From an uncultured bacterium (GTDB lineage: Bacteria; Gemmatimonadota; Gemmatimonadetes; Gemmatimonadales; Gemmatimonadaceae), in NCBI GenBank assembly GCA_963978095.1, contig CAXBQP010000007.1:1-64000 (forward strand): a stretch of 64,000 bases of DNA. The letters run 5' to 3'. Below the pieces are notes generated by a model. That model searched no databases. It saw only the letters and a program-made list of their open reading frames with translations, and was not told the origin of the DNA. How positions within the stretch are numbered: position 1 is the first letter of the stretch; each line of letters starts with the position of its first letter. Below, piece after piece: positions 38,595-51,339 of this stretch. Position numbers and translations under genes: made by a program.

Positions 38595-40961
38595 ATGATG
38601 TCGCGACGGAGTGGTGGCATGAGACGCGTGGTCGGTCTGGCGGCAACGCTCGGCGCGGTCGTCATCCTCGGCTGCATGGATCGGTCGATGACCGGCCCGA
38701 CGCTCGTCGGCACCGCCGACTCGCTGCAAGTGGCGTCGGGCAACAATCAAAGTGGCGTCGTGAGCACGCCGCTCAGCACTCCATTGACCGTGCAGGTCCG
38801 GACGTCGACCGGAGTGGCGGTCGTGGGAACCTCCGTCACCTTCAGCGTCGCCACCGGAGGAGGGAGCGTTTCCCCCGCGGTGGTGTCGACGGACGCCACG
38901 GGGCGCGCGCAGACCACGTGGACCTTGGGCGCGACGACCGGTCAGCAAACAGTGACCGCAACGGCCGGCGCGAAAGTCATCACCCTCAGCGCGACCGGCA
39001 TCGCCTCAGGGTCGACGGGCGGTACGACGGCCGGCGCGTTGCCTGCGGCGCAGGTGGTCTTGAACGCGGGCAACGGACAGACCGGAGCCATCGGACAGCC
39101 GTTGGGTGCGAACGTGGTCGTGAAGGTACTCGATTCCTTGGGGAACGCCGTCTCCGGCACAACGGTCACGTTCGCCCAGGGGGCGGGGAACGGGACCGGC
39201 GGAAGCAGCTCCCCCACGAGCATCAAGAGTGACGCGGGCGGCCTCGCCACGACCCAGTGGACCCTTGGCAGCAAAGTCGGGCAGCAGACGCTCACGGCGA
39301 CAGTCGCCGGCCTGACGCCCGTCACCGTACAGGCCACCGGCACGATCGGGTCGAGCGGCGCGGCCATCGTCGACAACGGGAACAGCCAGGTCGCGGGGAG
39401 CGGCGCCGCGTTGCCGACCTACCTCCGGGTCCTGGTGGTGGATCAAGCGGGGAACCCGGCCCTCGGCGCTCGGGTAACCTGGGCCGTGGCCTCTGGCGGC
39501 GGATCGATCTCCAAGAGTTCCGGCACGACGAACGCGGCCGGACTCGACTCCGCGCGCTGGACGCTCGGCTCGACGATCGGCGCGCAGACCGTCACCGCCA
39601 CCGTTGCGAACGTGGGAAGTGTCACCTACGCAGCCACCGCGACCACCGTCTCCGGCACGCCGGCGACGCTGCGCATCATCAGTGGCGAAGGGCAAAGCGG
39701 ACAGTCCGCACAGACGCTCGCGCTGCCGATCGTCGTCGAAGTGCGCGATGCCGGCGGCAATGTGCTCTCGGGCGTCACCGTCGGCTTTGCGCAAGCGGCG
39801 ACCAACACGGATGCGGTCACCACACCGTCCCCCGCCGTCACCGGCGTGGATGGTCGCGCGTCCGTGACGTGGCGCCTCGGATCCAATACCGGCACCACCG
39901 TGCAAACGGACAGTCTCACGGCATCGCTGACCGGGTACCCGGCGATCGCAGGTGTGGTGTTCCATGCGTCCGTGCGCCCCGCCTTCAGGATTCGCATGGT
40001 GAATCTCGCCGACACCGTGCAGACCGATACCACCGGTGCCACGCTGGTCGACACCCTCGTGGTGAAGGTCTATGACCCCGTCACGGGCCTTGGTGTCCAA
40101 GGCATCCCGATCAGTTGGGCGACGCAGGCGCCCACCAGCTCCGACGGGTTCGCGATCAACTCGGTCGACACCACCGACAACACCGGATTGGCCAAGAACC
40201 GCTGGGCGCTGCGTTCGAGTGCCGATGGCGCGGCGATTCCCTCGAGCGCGGTGGCGAAGCGCATGGTCGCGACCGCGACGGGCATCGGCCAAGTGGAGTT
40301 CAAGGCCCATGTGTATCCGGGCGCGCTGCGCACGATCACCACGAACGTGACATCGTCGACGACCATGGTCGCCGGGAACGCGGTCACCTGGTGCGCCACG
40401 GGCAAGGATGTGACGGGGAACATCATCGACAGCGTGAGCTTCGTCTTCGCCGGGAGTGGCGGCGGGTCGAGCGTCAGTTCGACGGTGCTCAGCATCTACG
40501 GGGCGGCGACGTGCGTCGCGTCGACCATCACCGCGGCGGGAAGCTGGGGCTTCTCCGTGAGCGGCACGGCGCAGGTGCGTCCGTACGCACAAAGCAACGC
40601 GGTGGCTGCAGTCTCCTCGGGTTCAGTGGTCGTCAGTCCCGCGGCTGCCGCTACGATGACCAAGGCTGCGGGCGACGCGCAGAGCGCCAAGGTCTCCACC
40701 GCGCTCCCCACGCCGTTGAAGGTGCTCGTCAAGGATTCGTTCGGGAACGTCGTCCCCGGACAGGCGGTCTCCTTCGCGGTCGTCGGCGGCGGCGGTCTTC
40801 TGAGCGCCGGCGGCACACCCGCGGCGACCGCCACCGCGACCACGGGTGCGGACGGCACCGCCAGCGTTACCCTGATTCTCGGGGCCGCCGCCGGCACCAA
40901 TACCGTCGTGGCGACCGCCGGCGGCGGAACGGTGATCTTCACGGCGACAGGCACACCGTAA
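38595..40961 (+). CDS. Ig-like (Big_1/invasin-type) repeat lipoprotein
   Basis: VILGC lipobox; about 6 repeats of GxxQxG...PLxVxVxD...VTF...G.A...WTLG...QTVTAT; start could be ATG 38619. Confidence 0.85.
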   Translation: MMSRRSGGMRRVVGLAATLGAVVILGCMDRSMTGPTLVGTADSLQVASGNNQSGVVSTPLSTPLTVQVRTSTGVAVVGTSVTFSVATGGGSVSPAVVSTDATGRAQTTWTLGATTGQQTVTATAGAKVITLSATGIASGSTGGTTAGALPAAQVVLNAGNGQTGAIGQPLGANVVVKVLDSLGNAVSGTTVTFAQGAGNGTGGSSSPTSIKSDAGGLATTQWTLGSKVGQQTLTATVAGLTPVTVQATGTIGSSGAAIVDNGNSQVAGSGAALPTYLRVLVVDQAGNPALGARVTWAVASGGGSISKSSGTTNAAGLDSARWTLGSTIGAQTVTATVANVGSVTYAATATTVSGTPATLRIISGEGQSGQSAQTLALPIVVEVRDAGGNVLSGVTVGFAQAATNTDAVTTPSPAVTGVDGRASVTWRLGSNTGTTVQTDSLTASLTGYPAIAGVVFHASVRPAFRIRMVNLADTVQTDTTGATLVDTLVVKVYDPVTGLGVQGIPISWATQAPTSSDGFAINSVDTTDNTGLAKNRWALRSSADGAAIPSSAVAKRMVATATGIGQVEFKAHVYPGALRTITTNVTSSTTMVAGNAVTWCATGKDVTGNIIDSVSFVFAGSGGGSSVSSTVLSIYGAATCVASTITAAGSWGFSVSGTAQVRPYAQSNAVAAVSSGSVVVSPAAAATMTKAAGDAQSAKVSTALPTPLKVLVKDSFGNVVPGQAVSFAVVGGGGLLSAGGTPAATATATTGADGTASVTLILGAAAGTNTVVATAGGGTVIFTATGTP

Positions 40962-40984
40962 GCACCGGCGCCAGGGGATGAACG

Positions 40985-41018
40985 GCAAGGGGGCGGTCCG
41001 ATCGGACCGCCCCCTTGC
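40985..41018. terminator. Perfect 34-bp palindrome between convergent genes, probable bidirectional terminator
   Basis: GCAAGGGGGCGGTCCGATCGGACCGCCCCCTTGC equals its own reverse complement. Confidence 0.8.
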
Positions 41019-41048
41019 GCGTTGGATCGGCGTTCTCGCGTGCGCCGC

Positions 41049-41978
41049 TCAGTGCAGGCGTTCGCCCTCGAGCACGCCACGCCCGCGGAGCCACTCCGCG
41101 ATCCGCTGCCGACGCTTGCCCGCCGGATGCACTTCGGTGATGCGCACGGCACCGGTGCCGCATGCCACGACCATGCCCTCCGGGCTCGCGCTCAGGATCG
41201 TGCCTGGCACCCCGGTGGCATCGGCGAGCATCGCGCCGAACAGACGCACCTCGCCATCGCGATGCACGGCCCACGCGCCGGGCTTCGGATCATAGGCGCG
41301 GATCGCACAGGCGACACGCGTCGCGGGGTGTGAAAAATCCACGCGCGCATCCGCACGTTCGATCTTCCTGGCGTAGGTGGCGAGGGCATCGTCCTGCGGA
41401 TGCTCCGGCGCGGCGCCGACGCTCAGCAACGCCAGCGCTTCGACGATCGCGGCTGCGCCGAGCTCGGATAGCCGGAGTTGCAACTCCCCGGCGGTCTCGT
41501 CGATGGCGATCGGCGTCGCCAGGGTCAGGATGGCCGGCCCCGCGTCGAGCGCGGGCACCATGCGCATGATGGTCACACCGGTCTCCGCACAGCCGTCGCG
41601 CACGGCGGCCTGGATCGGCGCGGCCCCGCGATATGACGGCAGGAGTGAGGCGTGAATGTTGAGCGTGCCGTGCGCCGGCAGGTCGATCACCTCACGCGGC
41701 AAGATGTGCCCGTAGGCGACGACCACCGAAATGTCCGGTTCGACGGCGCGGAGTGCCTCAAGAAATGCCGCATCGCCGCGCGGGCGCTCCGGCTGCAGCA
41801 CCGGGATGTTCTCTTCCAGCGCCACGCGCTTCACGGGCGAGGGATCGAGTTGCGATCGCGAGCGGCCACGCGGCCGGTCCGGTTGCGTGACGACCAGCAC
41901 CACGTCGTGCCCCTCGCCGATCAGCGCACGCAGCGGAGCGGTCGCGAACTCAGGAGTCCCGAAGAACGCGACCCGCAT
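41049..41978 (-). CDS. fmt: Methionyl-tRNA formyltransferase
   Basis: FFGTPEFA, VVTQPDRP, NIHASLLPSYRGAAPIQ, LDAG. Confidence 0.97.
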   Translation of the reverse strand: MRVAFFGTPEFATAPLRALIGEGHDVVLVVTQPDRPRGRSRSQLDPSPVKRVALEENIPVLQPERPRGDAAFLEALRAVEPDISVVVAYGHILPREVIDLPAHGTLNIHASLLPSYRGAAPIQAAVRDGCAETGVTIMRMVPALDAGPAILTLATPIAIDETAGELQLRLSELGAAAIVEALALLSVGAAPEHPQDDALATYARKIERADARVDFSHPATRVACAIRAYDPKPGAWAVHRDGEVRLFGAMLADATGVPGTILSASPEGMVVACGTGAVRITEVHPAGKRRQRIAEWLRGRGVLEGERLH

Positions 41979-41981
41979 CCG

Positions 41982-42529
41982 TCAGATCCGCTCGTCGTCG
42001 TCGCGTCCTTCGCCCGGCACGATCGTGCGAACCAGGTTGGGATACTTGACCTTCTCCTGCTCCCAGCTGGCCAACGCGCGTTGGCGCTTCAGGAAGCTCA
42101 GGTGGTCGATGAACAGCTTGCCGTCCAGATGATCGATTTCGTGCTGCATGCACACGCCGAGCAGCTCGGTGCCTTCGAGTTCGAACCGCTGGCCGTGCCG
42201 GTCCAGCGCCCGCACGACCACGCGCTTGCTGCGCATCACGTCGCCGTACAGCTCGGGGATGGACAGACATCCTTCTTCCCACTTGAGCTTTCCCTCACGC
42301 TCGACGATCTCGGGGTTGATCAGGACATGCGGCACATCCTTGACCTCGACGACGGCCAGGCGCTCACTCCGCCCGACCTGCGGCGCGGCGAGCCCCACGC
42401 CATGCGCGGCGTGCATGGTCTCGAACATGTCGTCGATCAGCGCCTGGAGCCCGGGGCCGAAATCGGTGACGGGCGTGGTCGTCTGTCGCAGGATTGGGTC
42501 GCCGAGGACCCGAATGCCGAGCAGTGCCA

Positions 42530-42530
<1 letters not shown>
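41982..42530 (-). CDS. def: Peptide deformylase
   Basis: GVGLAAPQVG, EGCLSIP, QHEIDHLDG. Confidence 0.97.
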
Positions 42531-46084
<3,554 letters not shown>

Positions 46085-46093
46085 GGAGGTAGC

Positions 46094-46696
46094 TTAACGC
46101 TTTTGCAGCAGCGCGAGTGCCTGCCGGATGACATCCGAAGTGGCGTTGCCCTGACTCCCTGCTCCCACGGCCTCGCGTACCGCTTTTTCGGCGTCCAGGG
46201 TCGTGTAGCCGAGGGCCTGCAGCGCGCGCACCGCGTCGGCGCTCCCGGCGTCGGACCGGACCACCGCTCCCGCGCCGCCGATCTTGGCGAAATCCCGCAT
46301 CTTGTCGCCGAGCTCCACGCACAGACGCTCGGCGGTCTTCTTGCCGACGCGCGGCACCCCCTGCAGCGTCGCGATGTCGCGGTCGACGAGCGCGCGCGCC
46401 AAACGACCGACGCCAAGCGCCGAGATCAGTCCCAGCGCGAGCGATGGCCCCACGCCGCTCGCTCCCAGCAGCGTGTAGAACAGCGCGCGATCCTCCTGGG
46501 ATTCGAAACCGAACAGCTGCCACCCGTCCTCCTTCACGACCATGGCCGTGTGGAGCGACACATCATCCCCCACGCGGGGCAGGGACTCGAGCACGCCAAG
46601 CGGGATCAGGAGCTCGTACCCGACCCCCCCGGGGGTCATGATCTCGATCCGGTCGATCCCCTTGTCGGCGAGCTTCCCGGTGATGCGCGCGATCAT
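46094..46696 (-). CDS. ruvA: Holliday junction DNA-binding protein RuvA
   Basis: MIARITG, GVGYE, LFGF, SGVGP, VGKKTAER, ALQALGY. Confidence 0.96.
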   Translation of the reverse strand: MIARITGKLADKGIDRIEIMTPGGVGYELLIPLGVLESLPRVGDDVSLHTAMVVKEDGWQLFGFESQEDRALFYTLLGASGVGPSLALGLISALGVGRLARALVDRDIATLQGVPRVGKKTAERLCVELGDKMRDFAKIGGAGAVVRSDAGSADAVRALQALGYTTLDAEKAVREAVGAGSQGNATSDVIRQALALLQKR

Positions 46697-47205
46697 GGCA
46701 ACACCGGTGTGCGCCACATCGCGCGCACGGCATCGAGCTTGGCCGCGAGGACACAGGTGAGCGCGCAGGCCACGCCATCTGCGGCGTCGGCGGGTTGCGG
46801 GGCGCTTTTCAGCCGGAGCAAGCGTGCAACCATGAACTGCACTTGCGCCTTGGTCGCCGCGCCACGACCGACAACGGTCTTCTTGATGACCGCGGGGGCG
46901 TATTCGTGCACCGGGAGCCCTGCGCGCTGCCCCGCCAGGAGAATGACGCCCCGGGCGTGTCCGAGCACGACCGTCGTCCGAACGTTGCGGGCGTAGAAGA
47001 TCGACTCGACCGCCATCGCATCAGGGGTGTGTCGGGTGATCACGTCGGTGACCCCCTCGAAAATGTCGGCGAGCCGCTCGGCGAGTGGGGCAGTCGCGGG
47101 TGTCCGGATGACGCCGCACTCCAGCAGCCGCGGAGGACCACCGTCGGCAACGACGACGCCGTACCCGGTCGCGGCGGTGCCCGGATCGATGCCGATGACG
47201 ATCAC
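46693..47205 (-). CDS. ruvC: Crossover junction endodeoxyribonuclease RuvC
   Basis: IGIDPG, AVESIF, LGHARGV, GAATKAQV, DAADGVA. Confidence 0.97.
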   Translation of the reverse strand: MIVIGIDPGTAATGYGVVVADGGPPRLLECGVIRTPATAPLAERLADIFEGVTDVITRHTPDAMAVESIFYARNVRTTVVLGHARGVILLAGQRAGLPVHEYAPAVIKKTVVGRGAATKAQVQFMVARLLRLKSAPQPADAADGVACALTCVLAAKLDAVRAMWRTPVLP

Positions 47206-47224
47206 GCGCGCCGATGGCTCGGCA

Positions 47225-47968
47225 TCACGCCTCCGACATCTCCGATTCGTCCATGTCGAAGTTGGCGTCCACCTTCTGCACGTCGTCCAGCTCCTCGATC
47301 GCCTCGATGAGCTTGAGCACGCTCTGGGCCACGGCGCCCGCCACGGTGACCGTGTTCTTGGGGATCCACGCGAGTTCCGCGGATTCCGGCTTGAGCCCCA
47401 CTCCGTCCAGCGCCTGGCTCACCATGTGCAGGTCCGAGGGGGCGGTGGTGATGAGGAAGCTGTCGCCTTCCTTCACGAAATCCTCGGCGCCGGCCTCGAG
47501 CGCCTTCTCCATCGCAACGTCCTCGTCCCACGTCCCGGCGGGCACGATGATCTGCCCTTTCCGGTCGAACATGAAGGCCACCGAGTTCGTGGCACCGAAA
47601 CTGCCGCCAAGGCGGGAGAGCTTCGCACGCACCTCGGCCACGGTCCGCGTCGGGTTGTCGGTGAGCGCGGCGATCATGATGGCGACGCCCCCCGGTCCGT
47701 ACGCTTCGTACAACACCTCGACGTAGTCCGCCCCTTCGACGTCGCCGGTGCCCTTGGCGATGGCGCGTTCGATGTTGTCCTTCGGCATCGACACCGATTT
47801 GGCGTTGTCGATGGCGGTACGGAGGCGCGGGTTACCGCTGGGGTCGCCGCCGCCGGTCTTCGCGGCGACGGTGATTTCGCGGATGAGCTTCGTGAAGAGC
47901 ACGCCGCGCTTCTTGTCGGTCGCGGCTTTGGCGTGCTTGGTCGTCTTCCATTTGCTGTGGCCAGCCAT
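47225..47968 (-). CDS. yebC: YebC/PmpR family protein
   Basis: MAGHSKW, NPRLR, YEAYGPGGVA, TDNPTRT, ELDDVQKV. Confidence 0.96.
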   Translation of the reverse strand: MAGHSKWKTTKHAKAATDKKRGVLFTKLIREITVAAKTGGGDPSGNPRLRTAIDNAKSVSMPKDNIERAIAKGTGDVEGADYVEVLYEAYGPGGVAIMIAALTDNPTRTVAEVRAKLSRLGGSFGATNSVAFMFDRKGQIIVPAGTWDEDVAMEKALEAGAEDFVKEGDSFLITTAPSDLHMVSQALDGVGLKPESAELAWIPKNTVTVAGAVAQSVLKLIEAIEELDDVQKVDANFDMDESEMSEA

Positions 47969-48069
47969 GCTCGTGCCTGGTTGCGGTTGAGGCTGTAAAG
48001 ATAAGGCCCGCCGGCGTCCGGGGGCAGACGCCCCGCGCTGGCTGATGACCGGCGCCCCGGCGCACGACA

Positions 48070-48098
48070 AAGGGCGCCCCGCGCGGCGGGACGCCCTT
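48070..48098 (-). terminator. Intrinsic terminator after the beta-barrel gene
   Basis: Minus strand AAGGGCGTCCCGC-CGC-GCGGGGCGCCCTT followed by TGT. Confidence 0.7.
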
Positions 48099-48120
48099 CA
48101 CGGAGCGCTCGCGCCTCGCG

Positions 48121-49218
48121 CTAGTGCCAGCGAATCAGCAGTTGCCCGCGGACCCCCTGCATAGCCGCGGACGGGCCGCCCACCGCCGAGTGCAGCTTGC
48201 CAAGCGCGACGGTGGTGCTGGGTGCGATGATGAAGGAGCCGAGATTGAACTGGGCGTTGACCCCGAAGTTGGTGAGATCGCCCGCGCGCGCGCCTTCGAT
48301 CTGCCAGATGCGCTGCTCGATCGATGTCTGCAGGGACAGGTACTTTCCCCGGATCCCCCACCCGATGCTCAGGTCGGCAAGATTCTCCCACGGGGCGTTC
48401 GTTCCGATCATCTCTCCTGACATGCGATACATGTCCCAGAAGCCGACCGAGAGCGTGTTGTCGCCGAACGGGAGCGAGAGTCCCGACTGCAACATGATGC
48501 GGTCGCCCGTCGGGAACGCGGAGGAGTCGATGATGTCGGGGCCGAACTTGGAATAGTTGAGTGAGCCGCTAAAGCTGCCGTTACCGACAGGGCGATCCAC
48601 CCCGACGCGCAGACGATATTCGTCGCCCGGCTCGAAGCGCAGCACGCCGGAGCTGAGTTGGTAGGCGTCGAAGCGTCCTGTTTTCCGCACGCTACCTGAC
48701 AGCCCGAGGTTCCAAGCCCCATAGCGCTCGGCGAAGGCCAGCCCCATCGTGCCGCCCGGTCCCACCCCCATGCCGCCCACGGGCATGAGCAAGAACGCAT
48801 TGCCGATCTGGCCCGCGGCTTCCTGTTGGTTAGCAGTAACGGTGTACCGCCCGGTCGGGAGGTTCAGGCCGAGCGTGATGGCCGCGTGCTGATCCAGGAC
48901 GACCAAGCTGCCACGGAGCTGGCTGTCCGTCAGCCCCGCGATCGAGCTGCTGACCGCCCCGTTGGAGATGACCGTGCTGGCCGCATAGGCCGTCGAGAAG
49001 TCGATCGTGAACGTCTTGGTGACAGGGAGGATGAACGCGAGCGGCGACGAATACTGCTCCACGCGCTTCTCCGTCTTGCCGCCGCCGATCGAGTAGATCG
49101 CATAGGTCGGCGCGGTGATGACGGCGCTCGCCGCCAGACCCGTGGATTGCGCGGAGAGCGCCGGCGCGAGGACGGCACAGGCGGTGAGAGCCAATCGCGA
49201 CATGAAGCGCATGCTCAC
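48121..49218 (-). CDS. Putative outer-membrane beta-barrel protein
   Basis: Signal peptide (ALSA-Q), alternating amphipathic strands (LGLNLPTG, YRLRVGVD), C-terminal QLLIRWH. Confidence 0.65.
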   Translation of the reverse strand: MSMRFMSRLALTACAVLAPALSAQSTGLAASAVITAPTYAIYSIGGGKTEKRVEQYSSPLAFILPVTKTFTIDFSTAYAASTVISNGAVSSSIAGLTDSQLRGSLVVLDQHAAITLGLNLPTGRYTVTANQQEAAGQIGNAFLLMPVGGMGVGPGGTMGLAFAERYGAWNLGLSGSVRKTGRFDAYQLSSGVLRFEPGDEYRLRVGVDRPVGNGSFSGSLNYSKFGPDIIDSSAFPTGDRIMLQSGLSLPFGDNTLSVGFWDMYRMSGEMIGTNAPWENLADLSIGWGIRGKYLSLQTSIEQRIWQIEGARAGDLTNFGVNAQFNLGSFIIAPSTTVALGKLHSAVGGPSAAMQGVRGQLLIRWH

Positions 49219-51329
49219 GGTTTCCGGATGACGATGGTGACGTTCCCGGTGCGCACGGCCGGCTGGTTCGTCCCTGTTTTCTCCCCGGTGGCGTCTCGCG
49301 TCGTCGGTGGCGTGCTGGTCGTGGACGTGGACGTGGTCGTCGTCGTGGTCGTGGTCGTATTGGTCGTCGTCGTCGTGGCGACCGTGTTCGTGATGGTGGG
49401 CACAACGCCGCCCGCCGCCTGATTGAGGGTGGTTCCGATTGATGTGCCGACCGTTGGGGCGGTCACCGTGGGCACCGTCGTGCTGGCCGGGGTTGTGGTT
49501 GGCGTTGGGGTCGCCGTTGGGGTCGCCGTTGGAGTCGCCGTTGGGGTTGTTGTTGGGGTTGTCGTCGGCGTCGTGGTGGGCGTCGTGGTGGATCCGGACG
49601 ACCCGCTTGACGACGATCCGCTTGAGCCAGAGCTGCCCGAAGACGAACTACCCGAAGACGAGCTACCCGAGGACGAGCTACCCGAGGACGAACTTCCCGA
49701 AGACGAGCCGCCCGAAGACGAGCTACCCGAAGACGAGCCGCCCGAAGACGAGCCGCTGCTGGACGAGCCGCTGCTGCTGTTGGCGTCCGAACTCGAGGCG
49801 GGTTTCTCCGTCGCGGCCGGGGCAGGCTGCGCGGCTGCGGCGGGCGCAGCGTTCTGGGCGGGTGCCGTGTTCACGACCTGCCCCTTTTCCGCCGCCTGCA
49901 CCACTGTGCCCTCGCTGGCCGATGCGCGGATCGACGACTCCACTTTCACCAGCGACACCTGTGACGCCTGCGACGTGGTCACCGAGGACTGCTGACGCGA
50001 CTCGGCGGCCTTGAAGCCGGGGTCGATCGTTCGCGCGTTCTCGAACAGGCGCGCCGCTTCCTCGAACTTCCCGGCGTCCTCGGCCTGCAGGCCGCGGCTG
50101 TAGGCGAGGAACGCCTGAATCGACGATGTCGGCCGCGTGTCGATTGCCTGACGCTCCGCGGGCGTCAACTGGATCTGCATGCTGCCGAAGACCGACAGGA
50201 CGAACTCCTTCTCCACCGAGAACAGGCGGTCCAGCGTTCCATCCTGCGACGGTTGCCCTTCGGATTCCGAGGTGGCGGTGCTGACGATGTTGGCGCTGAT
50301 GGAGAGGGTCTTGGGGCCGATCTGCGTCAGCGCCCCTTGGATGATCCGTCCGGCCTGGATGATGCGCCCGGTGCGTACGGCGGTCGCACGGTCCACGCGA
50401 TTCGACTTGCCGAGGGCAAGTTCGTCGGCGATCGCTTGCATCTGATCACGTTCCACCACTTTCAGCTTGCCGGAACGGGCAAGGTCGGTGATGATCAGGT
50501 CCGCGAGTCCGCGCTCGAGTGGCGCCAGCGAGGCGTCCGGACCGGTGAACCGCAGCGGTAACACGGCCACGGTGTTCGGATCGCTCACGACTTGCGACAC
50601 GCTCTTCTCGTTCGCCACGGCGTCCTTCGCCATCGCCTTGAGTTCGAGCTTCGCGATCAAGATCAGACGCGCCTGAATGTCCGAGCGCACCTTGTCGGTC
50701 TTGCCATTCCGGATGTAGTCGTTGTACGCAGAGCGCGCGGCCGCGAAGTCCTTGAGTTGCTCGGCGGTGAGGCCGGCGTAGAGGGCCGACACGCCGTCCG
50801 TCGGATCGAGCTGGCGGGCCTTGTCGAGCAGGGGCTGCGCCTCGGCGAACTTGCTGAGTTTGTACAGGGCGATTCCCAACGCGCGGTTCGCACCGGCGTT
50901 GTCGGGATTCGCATCGCGCTCCTTGGCGAGTGCGACGACCGCGGCGGAGAGCCCGGCTTTCGTCACCGTCGCGGAAGCGGCGGCGGCCGCGCGCCCCAAC
51001 GGGGTGCTGGTGCCTGGCCCGTTGGGGACCACACGTCCCTGCGGCGTGCTCTGGCCGACCGCGCCACGCCCCTGAGGTGTACTCTGACCGACCGCGCCAC
51101 GCCCTGGCGGCGTGCTCTGGCCGACCGCGCCGCGCCCTTGCGGCGTACTCTGGCCGGGTGCGCCAGCAGGAGCTTTCGTCGCCGTCGGCGCCTTGGTCGC
51201 GGCGGGAGCCTGACCGGTATCCGACGAGGCGCCCGCTTTCGCGGACGGCGTCGACTTCGTTACAACCTGTGCCGACGCGCTCCCGCCGATCGCGAGAGCG
51301 GCCAACAGTCCGAGTTCGTTCCAACGCAT
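49215..51329 (-). CDS. Exported TPR + CsgG/FlgO-like domain protein with low-complexity tails
   Basis: SD AGGAG, signal ending ASA-Q, TPR (LGIALYKLSKFAEA), TVAVLPL...GLADLIITDLARSGKLKVVER, second TPR, Ser/Gly and Thr/Pro tracts. Confidence 0.78.
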   Translation of the reverse strand: MRWNELGLLAALAIGGSASAQVVTKSTPSAKAGASSDTGQAPAATKAPTATKAPAGAPGQSTPQGRGAVGQSTPPGRGAVGQSTPQGRGAVGQSTPQGRVVPNGPGTSTPLGRAAAAASATVTKAGLSAAVVALAKERDANPDNAGANRALGIALYKLSKFAEAQPLLDKARQLDPTDGVSALYAGLTAEQLKDFAAARSAYNDYIRNGKTDKVRSDIQARLILIAKLELKAMAKDAVANEKSVSQVVSDPNTVAVLPLRFTGPDASLAPLERGLADLIITDLARSGKLKVVERDQMQAIADELALGKSNRVDRATAVRTGRIIQAGRIIQGALTQIGPKTLSISANIVSTATSESEGQPSQDGTLDRLFSVEKEFVLSVFGSMQIQLTPAERQAIDTRPTSSIQAFLAYSRGLQAEDAGKFEEAARLFENARTIDPGFKAAESRQQSSVTTSQASQVSLVKVESSIRASASEGTVVQAAEKGQVVNTAPAQNAAPAAAAQPAPAATEKPASSSDANSSSGSSSSGSSSGGSSSGSSSSGGSSSGSSSSGSSSSGSSSSGSSSSGSSGSSGSSSSGSSGSTTTPTTTPTTTPTTTPTATPTATPTATPTPTTTPASTTVPTVTAPTVGTSIGTTLNQAAGGVVPTITNTVATTTTTNTTTTTTTTTSTSTTSTPPTTRDATGEKTGTNQPAVRTGNVTIVIRKP
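49636..49755 (-). repeat. 8 x 15-nt tandem repeat encoding (S/G)SSSG-like units, next to 12-nt Thr/Pro repeats (about 49490-49590)
   Basis: Plus-strand unit CCCGARGACGARCYN counted eight times. Confidence 0.9.
51033..51155 (-). repeat. About 3.7 x 33-nt tandem repeat encoding GQSTP(Q/P)GRGAV
   Basis: Units 51123-51155, 51090-51122, 51057-51089 and partial 51033-51056. Confidence 0.9.
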
Positions 51330-51339
51330 CAGCTCACTC

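Noticed and set aside
49423..49995. + strand ORF with PEDEL acidic repeats
   Set aside because: It is the reverse reading of the Ser/Gly tract in the minus-strand gene, which has an SD, signal peptide and coupled neighbours
49490..51155. Tandem repeats as a CRISPR array
   Set aside because: Units are head-to-tail multiples of 3 nt inside a CDS, with no unique spacers and no cas genes
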